Notes: generated by a model from the letters alone, not told the origin. A stretch of 64,000 bases of DNA from Armatimonadota bacterium (GCA_041690135.1 JAWLHY010000005.1:275261-339260), one strand, 5' to 3'; shown: positions 45,629 to 56,766, counted from the first letter of the stretch. Translations and numbers: made by a program.

Positions 45629-46436
45629 GTGGCCGCGTGCCGTCACGGCGCTGGCGGTGTCCCTCCTGTTTTTGGTCCCATTGGTGTGGGTTTTCTCCGC
45701 CTCGCTGCGGCTGCCCGGGCTCCCCCCGCCCCGCGTCATCGAGTGGCTTCCCGCCGCGCCGGCGTGGAGCAACTACTCTCGGTTGTTCGAGCTTTTGCCC
45801 TTCGGGCGGTACCTGGTGAACTCCTTAATCGTCGCAGGCCTGGCCGTGCCGCTCACGCTGCTCACCGCCTCGTGGGCCGGGTTTGCGATGGCCGGGCTCG
45901 ACGCCCGCCGCCAGGAAGGGCTGGTGGTCCTCTCGGTGGCGTTGCTGATGGTGCCGGTGACCGCCCTCTGGCTCATGCGGTATGTGCTCTTCAAGTGGTT
46001 GGGCCTTCTGGACTCCTTCGCGGCCCTGGTGGCGCCGGCCGTGATGGGCTCCAGCCCGCTGTTCGTACTGCTGTACTACTGGACGTTTCGCCGGATTCCC
46101 GGCGAGCTCTTCGCCTCGGCTGCGGTGGATGGGGCGGGAGTAATAGCCCAGTGGCGGCGGGTGGCGATGCCGCTGGCGGGTCCCACCACGATCGCCGTGA
46201 GTATCCTCACGTTTCTGATGTACTGGAGCGACTTCATCCACCCGCTGCTCTACCTCAAGTCCGAGGCGCTCTACACGCTCCCCGTGGGCCTGCAGCAACT
46301 CCAGCAGTTGGACCGCACTAACTGGCCTCTTCTCATGGCCGCGTGCGTGGTGTTTACCGCGCCGACGGTGCTGCTCTTCCTGATCGTCCAGCGCTACTTT
46401 CTCCAGGACAGCCCCCTCTCCGGTCTCAACGCCTGA
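45618..46436 (+). CDS. Carbohydrate ABC transporter permease
   Basis: ELFASAAVDGA loop, TLPVGL. Confidence 0.9.
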   Translation: MPREWPRAVTALAVSLLFLVPLVWVFSASLRLPGLPPPRVIEWLPAAPAWSNYSRLFELLPFGRYLVNSLIVAGLAVPLTLLTASWAGFAMAGLDARRQEGLVVLSVALLMVPVTALWLMRYVLFKWLGLLDSFAALVAPAVMGSSPLFVLLYYWTFRRIPGELFASAAVDGAGVIAQWRRVAMPLAGPTTIAVSILTFLMYWSDFIHPLLYLKSEALYTLPVGLQQLQQLDRTNWPLLMAACVVFTAPTVLLFLIVQRYFLQDSPLSGLNA

Positions 46437-46573
46437 GATTCACGCATGGGGCGGCACGGAGCACGATGGAGCAGGCGACTTGATGCCCGGCTGCCGCTCC
46501 ATCTCGTATGTCGATTGCCATACGCCCCACGGATCCCGCTGTCGCTCCGGATGAATGCGGCCTAGCCCGTGTA

Positions 46574-47032
46574 TTACACGCCGCTGTGCCCGAACCCGCC
46601 GGCACCCCGTTCCGTGTCCGGCAAATCCTGCACTTCGACCCAGTGCGCCCGCATGACGGGCGCGATAACCAATTGGGCGATGCGGTCGCCGCGTTGGAGG
46701 GTGAACGGCTCGTGACCGTGATTGATCAGAATGACGCGGACGACGCCCCGGTAGTCGGGATCGATGGTGCCCGGACTGTTGACCATCCCGATTCCGTGGC
46801 GGATAGCGAGGCCGCTGCGAGGGCGAACCTGTCCCTCGTAGCCCTCCGGAATAGCGATGCGGATTCCGGTGGAGATCAGCCGGCGTTCTCCGGGTGCCAG
46901 GGTGACTGCCTCTTCGACGGCGGCGCGGAGGTCCATCCCCACGGCTCCGGGGGTGGCGTAGGCCGGAATGGGAAGGTCGTCGCAGCCTTCTTCCCGGCAG
47001 ATGAGAACTTTGACTTGATGGCTGGGTTTCAC
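46574..47032 (-). CDS. dut: dUTP diphosphatase
   Basis: GMDL, RPRSGLA, NSPGTIDPDYRG, GDRIAQ, RGAGGFGHSG. Confidence 0.96.
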   Translation of the reverse strand: MKPSHQVKVLICREEGCDDLPIPAYATPGAVGMDLRAAVEEAVTLAPGERRLISTGIRIAIPEGYEGQVRPRSGLAIRHGIGMVNSPGTIDPDYRGVVRVILINHGHEPFTLQRGDRIAQLVIAPVMRAHWVEVQDLPDTERGAGGFGHSGV

Positions 47033-47105
47033 GACGGTAGGTTCTGGGGAAAGCAGGTGTCTGCCTGCTTGCGAGGGTTGCTACTTTTGGCGACACCGCC
47101 CTCCA

Positions 47106-47855
47106 CTATTCGGTGGATGCCGCCCGTTCCGAGAGGCGATCGAAGGCGAAGCGGGCCAACGGCGCCATGTTGATTACATCTTCGGCATTGTAGGAGAGTA
47201 GGAGCTGGAGTGCTTCCTCGCTGCCCCACCTTGCTTCTCGCCAGAGCCGAACGGCGTCCCAGCCACCCAGGCCGGTGGTCTCCGCGCTCCGTGCCAGGCC
47301 CAACTGCTGCTCGATGTTCTTCAAGCCACCCTTGAGACCCAGCCGCCGTAAGGTGGGACAGAGATCGAGGTGGAGCTGGTCGAACGGCATCCGGGGAAAC
47401 GCTCGCCGGAGAACGGGAATATCGAACCCGCTGCCGAAGAAGGTAACGATCAGCGCCGCTTCGTCCAACGCGTCTTCGAACTCCAGCAGGTTCCGGTCCC
47501 GCACGTATTGTTTCAACTCTCGCCCGTTGTAGAGCCCGATGACCGTCACGCTGTCGAAGTCAGTGCCTCCGTCCGTCTCGATGTCCAGATAGACTACGCG
47601 GCCGGGAAAGGCGTGTAAGGTGCGCCAGTGGTCGCGCGAAGGCAGGCGTTCCTGGAAGAAACGGAAATCGCCGCGTTCCAGGGCCTCCGGCGAGCGGCTG
47701 ACCACGTCCAGGACCGACGCCAGGGGGAGGCGCGGAAGGCGAAAAGAGGTGGGGTTGGACAGGAACGATTGCCAGCAGTCGGCGCCTTGCGCCCAGAGGC
47801 GCTTTTCCGTTTGGTAGCCGATTCCCTGGACGTGAATGAAGGTCTTTTCGAGCAT
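47106..47855 (-). CDS. YprB-like RNase H-fold exonuclease
   Basis: YLDIETDG, VTFFGSGFDIP, HLDL, GGLKNIE, YNAEDV. Confidence 0.88.
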   Translation of the reverse strand: MLEKTFIHVQGIGYQTEKRLWAQGADCWQSFLSNPTSFRLPRLPLASVLDVVSRSPEALERGDFRFFQERLPSRDHWRTLHAFPGRVVYLDIETDGGTDFDSVTVIGLYNGRELKQYVRDRNLLEFEDALDEAALIVTFFGSGFDIPVLRRAFPRMPFDQLHLDLCPTLRRLGLKGGLKNIEQQLGLARSAETTGLGGWDAVRLWREARWGSEEALQLLLSYNAEDVINMAPLARFAFDRLSERAASTE

Positions 47856-48034
47856 AGAGGGGACGCAGGTACTGCGAGTTGAAACGAGTGCGACGTGCCA
47901 GGGTACCACAAGGAAGAAGTGGTGTCCACGGAGGGCACCCGCGGACGAGGGGCAACGGAAAGCTCCGCGGACGTTACAATGGATCGATGGAGGCGGCCCG
48001 TCTCCGACCTCAAGGAACTTCAGGATACATCCCG

Positions 48035-49468
48035 ATGCGTCGTCGCTTACTCGCGTTTCCACTCCTCGCCGCTGCACTCACCGCGTTCGGAATTCCGCGC
48101 CCCTCCTTTAGCGCGGATCCGTCTTACGATCTGGTGATCTCCGGCGGGCGCGTGATGGATCCGGCCACAGGGACGGACCGCGTGGCGGACGTGGGGATCC
48201 GGGGTGGCAAGGTGGTCACCACGAGCGGGAAGGACCTCCGAGGAAAGATCCGCCTCGACGCGCGCGGGAAAGTGGTGGCACCCGGATTCCTGGACATTCT
48301 CGCCAATACGCACCCCGAAGGTGACCGGTACAAGGTCATGGACGGCGTCACCACGGTCGTCGCCACGCACGGTGGGCCGATCGAGGTGGCGAAGTGGCAC
48401 GCGGACCAGGCCGCCCGGGGCCCCCTGGTCAGTTACGGAACGGTTGTGGGGCATTTCGCGCTTCGGGCCGCAGTGGGGGCTACGGACCGGAACCAACCGG
48501 CTACGCCGGAGCAGGTCCGGAAGATGGCCGACCTGGCGGAGAAGGCTCACCGGGAAGGAGCCGTGGGGGTGGGGTTCGGAGTTGAGTACATCCCCGGCAC
48601 GAGTGGCGAGGAAGTAGTGGGGTTGGCGGAGGTGGCCGCGCGCCACCGGACGTCGGTCCATTCCCACATCCGCCTCCCCCACCTGCTCGACCCGTTCCAG
48701 GGGATCAACGAGCTGATCGCGGCCTCGGCGGCTACAGGCGCCCGCGTGCAGGTGATCCACATCGGCAGCATGGCGATCCGCCGTCAGAAGGAGGCGTTGG
48801 CCCTCATCGACCGCGCTCGCCGGCGCGGCATCGACATCGCGGCCGATGTCTACCCGTACGATGCCTGGATGACCCGCCTGGAGAGCGCTATCTTCGATCC
48901 CGGATGGCAGGAGAAGTACCTGCTGGACTACAGCGACCTGGTATGGGTCCGCACGGGTGAGAGGATCACGGCGGAGACGTTCCCGAAGTTCCGGGCGATG
49001 GGCGGCCCCGTGGCCTGCCACCAGATTCCGGAAGAAGACATCGAAACGGCGCTCCGGCACCCGGCCGTCAGCGTGGCGAGCGACGGCTACATCGGCGAAA
49101 CGGCGGCGGACCACCCCCGGGGCGCCGGCACCTTTGCCCGCGTGCTGGGTCGCTATGTCCGCGAGCGGAAGGTGATCCCCCTGATGACCGCTTTGAAGAA
49201 GATGACCGTCCAGCCCGCGCAGCGCCTGGAGCCGGGCGCCCCGGCCCTGAAGAAGAAGGGCCGCCTTTCTCCCGGGATGGACGCGGACGTGACCGTGTTC
49301 GATCCTGCTACCGTCATCGACCGGGCCACCTTCCAGAACCCGCGCCAGTTCAGTGCCGGAGTCACCCACGTCGTAGTCAACGGCGTCGCCGTGGTTCGCG
49401 ATGGGAAGCTGGCCATCGAAACCCAGGGCCCCGGAAAACCGATTCGCGGAGGACGGCCACGCAAGTGA
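48035..49468 (+). CDS. Secreted amidohydrolase (N-acyl-D-amino-acid deacylase-like)
   Basis: Signal peptide, VVAPGFLD, VASDG, HPRGAGTF, KGRLSPGMDAD. Confidence 0.88.
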   Translation: MRRRLLAFPLLAAALTAFGIPRPSFSADPSYDLVISGGRVMDPATGTDRVADVGIRGGKVVTTSGKDLRGKIRLDARGKVVAPGFLDILANTHPEGDRYKVMDGVTTVVATHGGPIEVAKWHADQAARGPLVSYGTVVGHFALRAAVGATDRNQPATPEQVRKMADLAEKAHREGAVGVGFGVEYIPGTSGEEVVGLAEVAARHRTSVHSHIRLPHLLDPFQGINELIAASAATGARVQVIHIGSMAIRRQKEALALIDRARRRGIDIAADVYPYDAWMTRLESAIFDPGWQEKYLLDYSDLVWVRTGERITAETFPKFRAMGGPVACHQIPEEDIETALRHPAVSVASDGYIGETAADHPRGAGTFARVLGRYVRERKVIPLMTALKKMTVQPAQRLEPGAPALKKKGRLSPGMDADVTVFDPATVIDRATFQNPRQFSAGVTHVVVNGVAVVRDGKLAIETQGPGKPIRGGRPRK

Positions 49469-49565
49469 GCAGCCGGTGATCCAGACCAGTACATCCCCAC
49501 CCCCTGGATGCGGAATAACGCCTGGAAGTTTGCTCACGGAAAGATTCCGACGCTGCGCGGGCTAA

Positions 49566-49588
49566 CACGAAAGCACGAAAGCACGAAA
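49566..49588. repeat. 8-bp tandem repeat CACGAAAG x3
   Basis: Seen directly in the sequence. Confidence 0.8.
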
Positions 49589-49751
49589 AGTGTAAAATCC
49601 CCCAGATCTGCAGTGTGCAGGAGGGACATAGCCGTTCGAAGGAGAACGAACGTCACCCATCGGCCGGTTGGTGACCGTGAATAACTCGGACACCAACCAG
49701 TTACTTCCCAATCCTTATCTTTATCCTCACCGGGTCCTTATCTTCCCCGGG

Positions 49752-51353
49752 TCAGTTCTTTCCGTCTTTCTCCCGGAGGAGTTGCGGCGGGAAATCGGCT
49801 GGGCGACTCCCGCCCCGGCGGCGGAGGTTCTGCTGACCGCCGCGGTCGGGCAGCAGTGGGATGTGCATGCCGTGGGTCTGGTCCAGGGTCTCGAAGAGCT
49901 GCCGGTTCAGGTTGCGGACCAGTTGCTGGTGCTGCGGTTCTCGAATCAGGTTTTTCCGCTCCTTGGGGTCCGCCTGCAGGTCGTACAGCTCGTCGGTATC
50001 CCAGATGCCGTGATAGCGGATGTATTTCCACCGGCTCCCCCGCAGGGCGTGCATCGTGGGCGTCTGGGGGAAGTTCCGCTCCCAGTAATACTCGTAGAGC
50101 AGGTAGTCACGGAGCGGCTCCGTGGCCTTTCCCTGGGAATGCGCCAGGAACGACCTGCCGTCCATTCCCTCGGGAGCACGCAGGCCCGCGGCCTCCAGCA
50201 GCGTGGGGGCCACGTCGATGTTGGCCACCGGCTCCTTGACCTGGGTGCCGCCCTTGAACAGGTCGGGGCAGTGGGCCAGCAGGGGAACCTTCATCGACTC
50301 CTCGTAGGCAGCGCGCTTGTCGATCAGGCCGTGCTCTCCGAACATGAAGCCGTTGTCGCCCATGAACATGATCAGGGTTGAGTCGAGCATTTTCCGCTTG
50401 CGGAGATACTCGATCACCCGCCCGACGCTGTCGTCCACGGCCAGCAGGGTTTCGCAGTACCGCTTGTAGTACTCGCCCACGTTCAGGTCGCTGTGGTACG
50501 GGAAGTCGACGCCGTGCCAGCTATTCCGCTGGTTCTTCACCCACATCGGCTTGCCGGCGTAGTTCTCCTCCGTGTTGGCCTGGGTGACCGGTGGAGTGAA
50601 GATCTTGTCCTTGTACCGTCCCTGGTGTCGCTCCGCCGGCACGAAATCCGCATGTACCGCCTTGTGCGAGAGATACAGGAAAAACGGCTGATCATCTTTC
50701 TGTTCGTCAAGCCACCCGAGGGCGTAATCGGTCAGCTCATCCGTGATGTAGCCCTTCTGCGGCACGCGCTTGCCGTTGACGTTCAGTCCGTTGCGGCTGG
50801 GCAGGTAGGTCCCCTGGCCGCGGAAGCTGACCCAGTAGTCGAAGCCCGGCTGTGGAGCGTCGGAGTCGCCGCCCATGTGCCACTTGCCCACAAATCCGGT
50901 CCGGTAGCCCGCCTTCTGCAGGTACTGAGGAAAGTACACCGTGCCTTCCGGCACCGGGTTGTTGTTATCGACTACCCCGTGGCGGTGCGCGTACAGGCCG
51001 GTGAGCACGGAAGCGCGGCTGGGCGAGCAGAGGGCGGTGGTGACGCACGCGTTCGTGTAGTGAATGCCGTTCTTGGCCAGGTAGTCCAGGTTCGGCGTTT
51101 CCAGGAACGGATGGTTCATGAAGCCCATCGCGTCGTAGCGGTGGTCGTCCACCAGGATGTAGACGATGTTCCGGGCCTTTCCGCCGGGGATCCTGTCCAG
51201 GGTGCGCAGTTGCGGCCGCACGGCTTCCTTGCGGTTTGCCGCCTGCGCCGCGCCCGCCGGTTTGCTCCCGGACAGCGTTACCAGGCCCGTGCCTACCGCC
51301 AGGCCGGCAAGGATCGACAGGGCACTCTTCAGCTTCAGTGCTTTAGATTTCAT
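49752..51353 (-). CDS. Cys-type sulfatase (secreted)
   Basis: LVDDH, CSPSRAS, GKWH, HKAVH, GDNG. Confidence 0.95.
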   Translation of the reverse strand: MKSKALKLKSALSILAGLAVGTGLVTLSGSKPAGAAQAANRKEAVRPQLRTLDRIPGGKARNIVYILVDDHRYDAMGFMNHPFLETPNLDYLAKNGIHYTNACVTTALCSPSRASVLTGLYAHRHGVVDNNNPVPEGTVYFPQYLQKAGYRTGFVGKWHMGGDSDAPQPGFDYWVSFRGQGTYLPSRNGLNVNGKRVPQKGYITDELTDYALGWLDEQKDDQPFFLYLSHKAVHADFVPAERHQGRYKDKIFTPPVTQANTEENYAGKPMWVKNQRNSWHGVDFPYHSDLNVGEYYKRYCETLLAVDDSVGRVIEYLRKRKMLDSTLIMFMGDNGFMFGEHGLIDKRAAYEESMKVPLLAHCPDLFKGGTQVKEPVANIDVAPTLLEAAGLRAPEGMDGRSFLAHSQGKATEPLRDYLLYEYYWERNFPQTPTMHALRGSRWKYIRYHGIWDTDELYDLQADPKERKNLIREPQHQQLVRNLNRQLFETLDQTHGMHIPLLPDRGGQQNLRRRGGSRPADFPPQLLREKDGKN

Positions 51354-51625
51354 ACCAGTTCTTTTGGGTCACTGTTTGGGGCTATGCGGCCCCCAATTGG
51401 TGGAAGTGAGTGCGGTTGGCCTCCGTGGGCCTCCCATCCGCGTTGCTCTTGTGCTGGGTCACACCAAGCGAGGGGCGGAGCAGAGTGCCAAGCCAGGGTC
51501 ACAACTACGCGCTTGCGTTCGCCCATCAAATCCGGGAGCGGGCGAGCACAGCGGCCCCCTACATTTCGGCTTACCAGAACCAGATCCCATGCCACTCCGG
51601 CCAACAGGCTTTGACTACCGCGCCA

Positions 51626-53002
51626 TTAGGGCGACTGCGGGGGTGCTGACCATTCGAAGGCCCAGCGTTCATGCAAGCTCCGGAGGCGGGCGACGACCTC
51701 CGGATGCCGGGTGGCGCGGTTCATTCTTTCCGTCGCGTCCTCGGAGAAGTCGCTGAGGAAGAGTTGATCCGGTCCTTGGAGGCGCTTACCGACTTCGGTG
51801 TCGGCCGCGTTGAATACCAGCTTCCAGCTTCCCTCCCGCACGGCCCACTGGTTCCCCAACTGCCAGTGGAACACCGGGTGCGGGCTGGCGGCCTGCGAAG
51901 AGCGCAGGACGGGGAGCAGGCTCCGACCGTCAATGGTCCGCTCCGGCAGTGGCGCCTTACAAAGCTCCGCGATCGTTGGGTACCAGTCGATGCTCACGGC
52001 GAACTGGTCGCGTACCTCCCCAGCGGGGATGGTTCCCGGCAGGCGGGCAATGCATGGGACGCGAATGCCGGCTTCCAGCATGCTGAACTTGGAGCCGCGG
52101 TACGGCCCCGCGTTGCCCCCGCCGAAATTGGCCCGTTCCTCGGTCGAGTGCCCGTGATCGCTCAGAAAGACCACCAGGGTATTCTCCCGCAGTTTTAATT
52201 GGTCCAGCCGATCGAGGACCTCCCCCACCGCCCCATCAACGGAAGATACCATGGCTGCGTAAGAGCGGCGGGGCTCCGGGAGTTTCGCGTACAACTTCCG
52301 GTACTTCTCCTGAGCCTGCAGCGGATAGTGGGGCGAGTTGAGGGGCAGATACATGAAGAACGGACGATCGCGGTTCTCACCAATGAACCGTTTGGCCTCT
52401 CGGACCACCAGATCGCTGAAGTGCTTCCCCTCGGAGTAGATTTCGGTGCGGTCTCGCCAGAGATCGTGGAGAGGGGGTCCCTGCCAGTAGAAGGTGTGCG
52501 AGAGGTTATCGATGCAGCCGGACCGGTGCCCGAAAAAGCGGTCGAAGCCCTGGCCCAGGGGATCACACTCGGGGATGGTGCCCAGGTGCCACTTGCCGAA
52601 GAGCGCCGTGCGGTAGCCGGCTCCCTTCAACATCTCCGCCAGCGTTACCCGGTCGGTGGGCATCCCCGCCGCTCCCGGCCGTGATGAGACGTTCCCCACC
52701 ACTCCCGCCCGCTGCGGATAGCTGCCGGTCAGCAGCGCCGCACGCGAGGGAGAGCAGACCGGGCTGGCCGTGTAGAACTGCGTAAACCGCACCCCTTCCC
52801 GCGCCAAACGGTCCAGGTTCGGGGTGTGCAGGTCCTTCGATCCGTAGCAGTTGAGGTCCAGGGTGCCCTGGTCGTCCGAAAAGATCAGGACCACGTTCGG
52901 CGGCCGGGAAGTCCCCTTCGCCTCCGCCTTGCTGAACACTCCTCCCGCGGCCAGGAAGCCTGCCAGCACGAGGAGTGCAGCCTTGTTAGAGATGAGTTGC
53001 AT
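51626..53002 (-). CDS. Cys-type arylsulfatase (secreted)
   Basis: PNVVLIFSDD, CSPSRAA, GKWHLG, PHYP, SDHG. Confidence 0.95.
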   Translation of the reverse strand: MQLISNKAALLVLAGFLAAGGVFSKAEAKGTSRPPNVVLIFSDDQGTLDLNCYGSKDLHTPNLDRLAREGVRFTQFYTASPVCSPSRAALLTGSYPQRAGVVGNVSSRPGAAGMPTDRVTLAEMLKGAGYRTALFGKWHLGTIPECDPLGQGFDRFFGHRSGCIDNLSHTFYWQGPPLHDLWRDRTEIYSEGKHFSDLVVREAKRFIGENRDRPFFMYLPLNSPHYPLQAQEKYRKLYAKLPEPRRSYAAMVSSVDGAVGEVLDRLDQLKLRENTLVVFLSDHGHSTEERANFGGGNAGPYRGSKFSMLEAGIRVPCIARLPGTIPAGEVRDQFAVSIDWYPTIAELCKAPLPERTIDGRSLLPVLRSSQAASPHPVFHWQLGNQWAVREGSWKLVFNAADTEVGKRLQGPDQLFLSDFSEDATERMNRATRHPEVVARLRSLHERWAFEWSAPPQSP

Positions 53003-53240
53003 CAGGTGGAAGAGGCACACAGCCTGGGATCCGTTGCGGTCCAGTGTTGTCGAACCCAGCCATTTCCGGTGTCGTGTCACAACTCCACGTTAACCTGGAG
53101 ACCCGGAGATCATGCAGCGCGCATGATCTCCGATTTGCGATTTCGACGAAAAGGGCCGGCAGACTGTCCGTCGGGAAGTATGGCCTCGCCTCTCTCCGTG
53201 TCGGTCTCCGTATCTCCGTGGCTAAGCCTTCCGGGTGGGT

Positions 53241-54302
53241 CTACTTCGCACGCGCAATCCGGTGCGGCGTGCTCTGGTAGTGCATAGCAAGCAGATCCAT
53301 GCCGAAGTCACCTTTGAAGTCGCGCCACACGCAGTGGACGTGGTTCGCGTCGTTCTGGGTGTTGTCGTACTCAATCAGGAAAGTGGAGCCCTGGATGCGG
53401 TAATAGTGGGGCTGGTTCTTCTCCAGGCCGCCCATCCAGGCGAACTTGACGTTGTCGATGCCGGCCTTACGGATCTTCTCCAAGCGCTCCCGGGCCAGCT
53501 TCTGCGGCTGGGCATTCGCATACTCCCGGATGATCCCCAGCAGCATGCCCTGCTGCTCTTTGGAAAGGTCTTTGTAGGCGATACCCTTGTCTTCCTGGAT
53601 CGCCGCCTGGCGCTGAGCGCTGGTCAGGATGTCGGAGGGCGCCTTATCGGACACGACAGCCTGCTTTTGCTGCTCGGTGTTGAGCGATTTGATAAGGGCG
53701 CGCCCCAGGTCTTCCTCGGCGCCCAGCACGCGTGTCCCTCGCGCGGGAGCTCCGGGTACGTCCGCGCGGACTTCGCCCGGGTTCGTGCCGAAGAACTGCG
53801 GCGTGGAGGCGATCGCCTTGCCGTTGATCACCGTCCAGTTCAGGGAGCAGTGGTGGCCTTCATAGCGGAAGCCCCAGGTTCCCTTCTCCGAGGGCTCGCC
53901 GAATACGGTGAAGTAGTACAGCTCGCGGTCGCGGGTAGCGTTGTTGTTCTCCACGACCCGCAGGATGCCTTCCAGCTCGCGGATCGAACCCGCCTTCTGG
54001 TAACCCTTCTCACTGAGCCCGGCTCGCAACAGCGCGAGGGCCGCCTTCTGCTGATCGGGGGTCATCTCCTTGAGGGGCAGCCCCTTGCGCTGGTTGAACT
54101 TGGGGACGAAGTGCCAGTTCAGGCGCTCCTGGACGTCATTAAACGGGATGACCGCCTTGGTCTTGCGGGGTGCGTCCAGCGATGCCAGGAACTTGTTGGC
54201 CGCACCGGCCATCGCAGCCTCGGGGCGGTTGTTCTGCGCCGAAACTGTTAGCGCGGTGGCGCAGGACAGCACACCCAGCGCGCACATCGTGGGTCGGAAC
54301 AT
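53241..54302 (-). CDS. DUF3500 family exported protein
   Basis: WHFVP, RKGL, WGFRYEGHH, PQFFG, YYRIQG, HVHCVWRD..GDFG. Confidence 0.88.
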   Translation of the reverse strand: MFRPTMCALGVLSCATALTVSAQNNRPEAAMAGAANKFLASLDAPRKTKAVIPFNDVQERLNWHFVPKFNQRKGLPLKEMTPDQQKAALALLRAGLSEKGYQKAGSIRELEGILRVVENNNATRDRELYYFTVFGEPSEKGTWGFRYEGHHCSLNWTVINGKAIASTPQFFGTNPGEVRADVPGAPARGTRVLGAEEDLGRALIKSLNTEQQKQAVVSDKAPSDILTSAQRQAAIQEDKGIAYKDLSKEQQGMLLGIIREYANAQPQKLARERLEKIRKAGIDNVKFAWMGGLEKNQPHYYRIQGSTFLIEYDNTQNDANHVHCVWRDFKGDFGMDLLAMHYQSTPHRIARAK

Positions 54303-54666
54303 GATCGAAACTCCTTGAAAAACGAGGAGCACAAGGCCATCGGCTCGCGCCGGGGAACCGGTGCACACTACCTACTTCGTTCCGCAAGTCTTCCGGACTT
54401 CCCTGTATGGGTTCTTTGTTGCGAGTAAGAATGCCGTTCCCTCGCGCTCTTGCCTCCCCGGCCCAGAGTTGTCCCTTGCGTGTCACAGCTCCGATCGGAA
54501 ACCTTGCGAGATGACGGTGGTTGGACGATTTTGGGACCTTACGACTTGGGGTGATGGTCGTGCCGGAATGACGGCGCTCATCAAATCTCCCAGGGGAAAT
54601 GCCGGCGGAGCCGGTTTGACGGTAACCTGCTTGAATGCCTTACCCGCGCGCGGTGACTTTGCCACG

Positions 54667-56766
54667 ATGAACTCCTCTGAATCTGCATTTCACCTGTCGG
54701 AATCCGCCATCGGACCGGAGCTTATAGTTCTGGCCGGTCATACGGCGCCGGTCGAATCCGCCGTCTTCTCTCCAGACGGCACGCAGTTGGCCACCAGTGG
54801 CCGAGACGGGCAGGTCATTTTGTGGGAGTGCGAGTCCGGCATGGTACGGCGCGTCTGGCAGCACGAACATGGAGCGTCGTGGCTCGCGTTCTCGCCCAAC
54901 GGGCAGACCCTGGCAACGACGGGCCACGGTATCGACCTCTGGAACGTGGATTCCGGGCGATGGGAAGGCCGGTTCCCAGTGCCCGCAGCGGCGGTCCAAT
55001 TCTCGCCCGACGGCGCGGCTCTCACGGCGGTCGAGTGGGATCAAATCGTCTGCCTCGATAGCAGCAGCGGCCACCGGCTCCGTGAGATCCCGCTCGTGGA
55101 GCCTCTGGGCACATCTCCCCCGCGCGTCGCCTTCTCGGCCGACGGCTCCACGGTGGCGGCGGCCGCATGGGATAATCGAGGGCACCATGTGCGCATCTGG
55201 GACCTACCCTCCGGCACCCTGCGACGGCTACGGCGCATGCCACGCACGTTCTGGTGGAAGGAGCGTGACTCCGCCACCGGTAAACTTCGCAAGACCCACG
55301 GAGCCCAGGCCGACGTACAGTGTCTCGCGCTCTCTCCCGACGGTCGCCGGCTGGCCGTGGGCGGCCACTTTACTCTGTGGATCTGCGATACACACACGGG
55401 GCGGCGCACCCACTTCCTGGCTTGTGGGTGTTCGGGCTATTGGTCGCTCGCTTTCTCGGGCGATGGCGAGCTGCTGGCCGCCGGAGGAAACGATGGTGTG
55501 GTGACGCTCTGGCGGGTTCGCTCCGGCGAGGCGACCGCCAGCGCCGCGACGGGATCGAGCCACAACTGGATCTCGGCGGTCGCCTTTAACCGAAGGGGAG
55601 ACCGGCTCGCCACGGGCACCCACAAAAAGCAGGTAGATCTCTGGCGACCGGACACCGGTGAGCGGAATGCGCGTTTTGCGGCGCTGGACTTCGAGGCATC
55701 CGCACTGGCTTACTCCCCTGATGGCGGGCAGATCGCCGTCAGCTACACGGATGGAACCCTACGGCTCTGGTCCGCCCGTACGGGTCACCTGGTGTGGGTG
55801 GTAAGGACCGCTCCGCCTTTCCCCACGCACCTGGAGTTCTCAGCCGACGGGCGAACCCTCCGCTCCGGTCGCGTTCCCGACCCGCTCGCTGCTGTCTGGA
55901 ATGCGGCGACCGGCGAACTGATTCAGACGGCAGGCCAGGCGTCCGACGCGGAGTTGGGCAATCAAGCCCCGCGCTGCGAGGGGATCGCGCCGGACGGGCA
56001 ACTGAAGGCCGTCTCCCAGGGATGGGAGGGACGCATCGAATTGCGGTCCACAGACCCGGACCAGGTGCTGAAAGTGCTTCCGGAGATCGATGAGCCGGAT
56101 CTGGTCGTGTCGCTGACGTTCTCGCCTGACAGCCGGATCCTGGCGGCAGGTTACCACGGTTTTCGTGTGCGCCTCTGGAATGTTGAAACCGGCCGCCTGC
56201 TCCAACTGCTCCTCTCCCACGGCGATGCCAACGCCTACCTCGCCTTCTCACTGGACGGAACACAGCTGGCGGTGGGAGGCAATTACGACTCCGAAGTCGT
56301 GCTCTGCAATCTGGTGGCGCAATCCGTGCCGGTCCGGCTCGTCCTGACTCGTGGGGAGAAGGGAGAAGCATCGGAAAAGCTGGCGGATTTCTGGGACGTT
56401 CCGGTAGAGCAGGTTCCGACCCACGACATAAACCTGGTCGGCCACACCGGCAACATCCGCGGGGTCGCCTATTCCCCCGACGGCCGCGCGGTAGCCACCG
56501 TGGCCGCCGATGCCGCGCTTAAGCTCTGGGACCCAATTAATGGGCGGCTGCGCGCGACCTTGCTTCCGCTCCCATCCCCGGTGTCGGATGTGTCTGCGGA
56601 ATGGATCGCCTACACGCCGGAAGGCAACTACGTGGCTTCCGCCGGTGGGCACGGCTACGTCGGCTGGCGCCTGGGAACAGAGCTCCTGCCAGGTTCGGTC
56701 TACGCCAACTCGCGCTGCGACTCGGGCCAGATCGCCCGGTCCCTGGACTCCAACCCTGCGGATTGA
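54667..56766 (+). CDS. WD40-repeat beta-propeller protein
   Basis: About 13 GH...FSPDG...LW[DE] repeats; C-terminal WIAYTPEG. Confidence 0.9.
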   Translation: MNSSESAFHLSESAIGPELIVLAGHTAPVESAVFSPDGTQLATSGRDGQVILWECESGMVRRVWQHEHGASWLAFSPNGQTLATTGHGIDLWNVDSGRWEGRFPVPAAAVQFSPDGAALTAVEWDQIVCLDSSSGHRLREIPLVEPLGTSPPRVAFSADGSTVAAAAWDNRGHHVRIWDLPSGTLRRLRRMPRTFWWKERDSATGKLRKTHGAQADVQCLALSPDGRRLAVGGHFTLWICDTHTGRRTHFLACGCSGYWSLAFSGDGELLAAGGNDGVVTLWRVRSGEATASAATGSSHNWISAVAFNRRGDRLATGTHKKQVDLWRPDTGERNARFAALDFEASALAYSPDGGQIAVSYTDGTLRLWSARTGHLVWVVRTAPPFPTHLEFSADGRTLRSGRVPDPLAAVWNAATGELIQTAGQASDAELGNQAPRCEGIAPDGQLKAVSQGWEGRIELRSTDPDQVLKVLPEIDEPDLVVSLTFSPDSRILAAGYHGFRVRLWNVETGRLLQLLLSHGDANAYLAFSLDGTQLAVGGNYDSEVVLCNLVAQSVPVRLVLTRGEKGEASEKLADFWDVPVEQVPTHDINLVGHTGNIRGVAYSPDGRAVATVAADAALKLWDPINGRLRATLLPLPSPVSDVSAEWIAYTPEGNYVASAGGHGYVGWRLGTELLPGSVYANSRCDSGQIARSLDSNPAD

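Noticed and set aside
48047-49537. 496-aa minus-strand ORF
   Set aside because: Shadow of the amidohydrolase gene.
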